DNA of 20,000 bases from an uncultured virus (IMG/VR IMGVR_UViG_3300050821_006652) (lineage: Duplodnaviria > Heunggongvirae > Uroviricota > Caudoviricetes), in the IMG/VR virus record IMGVR_UViG_3300050821_006652. One strand, written 5' to 3'. A program made the translations under genes and the position numbers. This document shows positions 17,081 through 20,000 of this stretch, one piece after another. Under the pieces are notes generated by a model, which was not told where the DNA came from, did not search any database, and saw nothing but the letters and a program-made list of their open reading frames with translations. Each line of letters starts with the position of its first letter. Position 1 is the first letter of the stretch.

Positions 17081-17133
17081 GGCGGTGCGCGGTGCGGCGG
17101 GGTCTGGTCGGGTAAGCCAAGGTTCTTTTAACC
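17081..17133 (+). ncRNA. GGY-NN pentamer tract with short 3' hairpin (candidate VIPR-type guide RNA)
   Basis: GGCGG TGCGC GGTGC GGCGG GGTCT GGTCG GGTAA GCCAA GGTTC: 7 of 9 pentamers start with GGY. GGTT-CTTTT-AACC at 17121-17133. Confidence 0.55.
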
Positions 17134-17145
17134 AAAGGAGACTGT

Positions 17146-17523
17146 ATGAAGAAGGTCAACGCAACTGAGATTGGCGGCGAGGTTCCGACGAACGGAGCCG
17201 AACAATCCCTCGAATTGTCCAAGCCCTATGTCGTGACCGTCACCCTGACCGGCACGGCCGACTTCCTCTTTCACCGCTACAACCCGGAGAGCGTGAAGGC
17301 CAAGGGAGAAGCGGCGAAAGGTAGCAAGGCCAAGAAGTCCGATGACATCGAAACCTACGTCTACCGCAACGACGCGGGGGAACTCTGCATCCCAGGCGAA
17401 TATGTCAGGCAATCCATTCTCCATGCCGCGAAGTTTCGGGCACAGGCCGTCTTTCGATACGGCAGGAACGTAACGCGAGAAGTGGAAAAGGAAATCGAAT
17501 CCCGGAAGGTGCAGCAGCCATGA
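17146..17523 (+). CDS. Cas7/RAMP-like (Vipr-like) protein, N-terminal half only; probably truncated
   Basis: VTVTLTGTADFLFHRYN (RRM beta1) and YRNDAGELCIPGEYVRQSILHAA (RAMP IPG..++ motif); AAGGAG SD; no C-terminal Gly-rich loop. Confidence 0.6.
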   Translation: MKKVNATEIGGEVPTNGAEQSLELSKPYVVTVTLTGTADFLFHRYNPESVKAKGEAAKGSKAKKSDDIETYVYRNDAGELCIPGEYVRQSILHAAKFRAQAVFRYGRNVTREVEKEIESRKVQQP

Positions 17524-17822
17524 GCGAATACCTCTGGACCACCCGCGAAGGCCAGCAGTTGACGCTGGACCAGATCGACAACCGGCACCTGGCGAACATC
17601 CTCAAGATGCTCCTGCGCAACGCGGAGCGGATACGGATGGAATCGCTATGCCAGATGGGATCGCCCCCAACTGCGGAAATGGCGGAATACTATTTTGAGC
17701 AAGCTCAGACAGCCCTTACCGAAGCCGAGCCGGAAGAATTGATCGAGCAACTGTACCCCGAACTGACCGCCGAGGCCGAGAGGCGCGGCATTGACTGGAC
17801 CAAAACGGAGAAAACGCCATGA
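17520..17822 (+). CDS. Phage hypothetical protein
   Basis: WTTREG..L.LDQIDNRHLANILKML; ATGA-coupled on both sides. Confidence 0.7.
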   Translation: MSEYLWTTREGQQLTLDQIDNRHLANILKMLLRNAERIRMESLCQMGSPPTAEMAEYYFEQAQTALTEAEPEELIEQLYPELTAEAERRGIDWTKTEKTP

Positions 17823-19102
17823 CCACCGACCTAGCCGAAACCCGGAACCATCTCGCCGTGCCCCTTCGCCCCGATTCATGGGCCGGAGCCGCCGCCCGTG
17901 GGCTTGGGGCCCGCAAAGAGCGAGAGGCCATCGTCCACCAAGTTCTCATCAAAGGCGTGGACACCAAGCCGATCCCCGGCTGCGGAGATAAGCCGGTCCT
18001 CCATGACTCCGGTGCCCAGAAGATTCTGGACGCCCTGGAACTGTGGGCCGACTACGAAGTCATCAAGGAAGTTGAAGATTGGGCAAACCGCTTTTGGTTC
18101 TATCGATACCGCTGCACCGCTCGCCAGCGCGGGACCAATATCGCCGTGTCCAGCGGCATCGGTTCTTGCAACAGTCGGGAGAGTAAGTACGGCTATCGTT
18201 GGGTGCCCGCTCACGCTCTGCCGAAAGGAACCGACCTCTCTTCCTTGAAGACGAAAGGCGGCAGGATTTCCGAGTTCGACTTCGCCATCCAGAAAGGTGA
18301 GACAACGGGAAAGTTCGGCAAGCCCGCTGAATACTGGCAGCAATTCCGCGACGCCATCGCCAGCGGTGAAGCCAAGAAAATCAGCAAGCCCACCAAGAAA
18401 GGCGAAATGCAAGCCTGGGAAATCGACGGCACGCTGTATCAGGTCATCAATGAGGACGTGGAAACTCAGGTCAACACCATCGACAAAATGGCGCAGAAAA
18501 GGGCGAAGGTCGCCGCCTGTATCGCTCTGGGATTCGGGGAGCATTTGACCCAAGACATTGAGGAGAACCCCGAAGCGTTCGGAGGCCACTCGGTCCCCAC
18601 CTACGCCAGCGACAAGGGCGAGAAGGCGGAAGGTGAAGTCGATCCGGTCGATCCCGAATTCGCCTCAGCCGATGCCCAACGCGAAGCCGTGGCGAAGAAG
18701 AAGCCAGCCCCACCGCCGCCAGAGGACGCCCACGCCGGCATCACCCGCGAACAGGCCGCACAGATCAAGGTGAGCAAGGAGAACTGGCCGCTGTTCTCGT
18801 CCTACCTGGGAATCTCGAAGCTCTCCGACATCCCGGCCAGCGACTTAGATTTCGTCATGTCCATCCTGAAAGACGATGAGGCCGATTGGGGAGACGCCAA
18901 GGCGCCGCCGCGAATCAGCCTGGCGAAGTGGTCGCAGATTGTCGAAGCAGCCCGCGACCTGGCGGACCCCTGGCGTATCGTCAGCAGCCTGGCGCAGATC
19001 AACGCCCCATGCGACCTGCCCGTGAGCCAGTGGCAGGCCGCGATGGACCTGGCCAAGTTCTGCCCACCGGAGTTCAAAAAAGTGAAGAAAGAAGGTGCGT
19101 AA
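17819..19102 (+). CDS. Probable ssDNA-annealing recombination protein
   Basis: IPGCGDKPVL...GAQKI, GIGSCNSRESKY, NTIDKMAQKRAKVAA motifs, then an acidic/Pro-rich linker; early-module position near a Gam-like gene. Confidence 0.55.
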   Translation: MTTDLAETRNHLAVPLRPDSWAGAAARGLGARKEREAIVHQVLIKGVDTKPIPGCGDKPVLHDSGAQKILDALELWADYEVIKEVEDWANRFWFYRYRCTARQRGTNIAVSSGIGSCNSRESKYGYRWVPAHALPKGTDLSSLKTKGGRISEFDFAIQKGETTGKFGKPAEYWQQFRDAIASGEAKKISKPTKKGEMQAWEIDGTLYQVINEDVETQVNTIDKMAQKRAKVAACIALGFGEHLTQDIEENPEAFGGHSVPTYASDKGEKAEGEVDPVDPEFASADAQREAVAKKKPAPPPPEDAHAGITREQAAQIKVSKENWPLFSSYLGISKLSDIPASDLDFVMSILKDDEADWGDAKAPPRISLAKWSQIVEAARDLADPWRIVSSLAQINAPCDLPVSQWQAAMDLAKFCPPEFKKVKKEGA

Positions 19103-19103
19103 C

Positions 19104-20000
19104 ATGCGTAATCCCCTGCACGAACAAGCCCTGAAACGATTCGGCATCGACTACGAGTACATCGAAAAGGTGCCCGTCAGCGACATCAACACCACGCGCG
19201 GCAAGCAGATGCAAGCGCGGTTGATGCCGCTCGATGACAGCCTGATCGAAGAGTACAAGGATATGCTGAACGACGGCTCCATGCCGCCGCCGCTGTTGCT
19301 CTGGAAGCCGGGGCGGGGAATGTACGTTCCTCTGGACGGCAACCAGCGCCTCGCCGCCAACGAACGGGCCAAGAACCGCCTCAAGGCGTTCGACGCCTAC
19401 GTGGTCAAGACCGACGACCCGATGGTGGCCGACCGCCTCTGCTGGCAGTTCAACAATGCCGTGAACGGGAGACGGCTGTCCTACGAGGAGTGCTTGCAGC
19501 ACGCCATCACGATGGTCCGCAAATACAACCAAGCGCAGGCCAAAGTCGCCCGCGACTGGGGCGTTAAGCTGTGGGAACTGAACGCCCGCGTGGTCGAGGC
19601 GAACATGCGCGACGCCGCCGAGCGCAAGGGCGTGGATACCAAGAAAGTCTCGGCAGGGCACATCCTCGCCCTGCACAACTTGAGCAACATCGGAGAGGAC
19701 TTGGCGGTCAAGGCCATCAAGACCGTGGCGGAAACCGGCATCGGCGTGGATTCGGTCAAGGAACTGTCCTCCAAGGTCAGCAAGATCAAGGACAGCGCCG
19801 CCAAGGTCAAGGCCGTCGAAGAATGGGCGGCGAGCGATGAAGTCAGGCGGGCCAAGGCCATCACCAAGGGCGGGCGTGTGCAACATCGCAAGGGGCGGAC
19901 CCCGCGCGAAAAGCTGGAGTGGCTGCTCGACAGCCTGGGCTCGGTCCTCGACTGCTACAAGCTCGACGCCTTCCGGGGCGGCGACACCAAGAAGTTCCGG
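19104..20000 (+). CDS. ParB/Srx-like N-terminal domain protein (runs off the window)
   Basis: Translated by hand: MRNPLHEQ...VPVSDI...IEEYKDML.DGSMPPPLLL...YVPLDGNQRLAA...FNNAVNGRRLS; open to 20000. Confidence 0.75.
   Translation, partial: MRNPLHEQALKRFGIDYEYIEKVPVSDINTTRGKQMQARLMPLDDSLIEEYKDMLNDGSMPPPLLLWKPGRGMYVPLDGNQRLAANERAKNRLKAFDAYVVKTDDPMVADRLCWQFNNAVNGRRLSYEECLQHAITMVRKYNQAQAKVARDWGVKLWELNARVVEANMRDAAERKGVDTKKVSAGHILALHNLSNIGEDLAVKAIKTVAETGIGVDSVKELSSKVSKIKDSAAKVKAVEEWAASDEVRRAKAITKGGRVQHRKGRTPREKLEWLLDSLGSVLDCYKLDAFRGGDTKKFR

Noticed and set aside
14437..19891. Minus-strand ORFs in the right arm (e.g. 15206-15916, 17876-18589, 19074-19886)
   Set aside because: Antisense to coupled plus-strand genes that have SDs and recognisable motifs.
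1..20000. tRNA, rRNA, CRISPR array, transposase or integrase
   Set aside because: None recognised by eye. Mu-like head genes alone do not imply a transposable phage.

Overview
This is a GC-rich segment of a tailed dsDNA phage or prophage; the host cannot be determined from the sequence. The left arm (1-12240, minus strand) is a head morphogenesis module. In transcription order it carries a small HTH gene, TerS, TerL, a Mu gp29/DUF935-like portal fused to an InPase-type domain, a KTSC protein, a Mu-type prohead protease/scaffold, a head decoration protein, the major capsid protein, two probable virion proteins and a Mu gp36-like adaptor. The middle (12.2-14.5 kb) is a control region of small RHH/HTH regulators with repeated operators. 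The right arm (plus strand) holds early genes: small acidic proteins, DUF6283-like, Gam/Gp157-like, XRE HTH, a probable ssDNA-annealing protein and a ParB-like gene. The most notable element is at 17022-17523: a promoter, then an in-register GGY-NN pentamer tract, then an apparently truncated Cas7/RAMP-like gene, resembling a VIPR-type RNA-guided system. Also notable are eight apparently leaderless promoters, a 293-nt TerS/TerL overlap and an Aca/Acr-like operon layout. All family assignments come from motif recognition by eye, not database searches.
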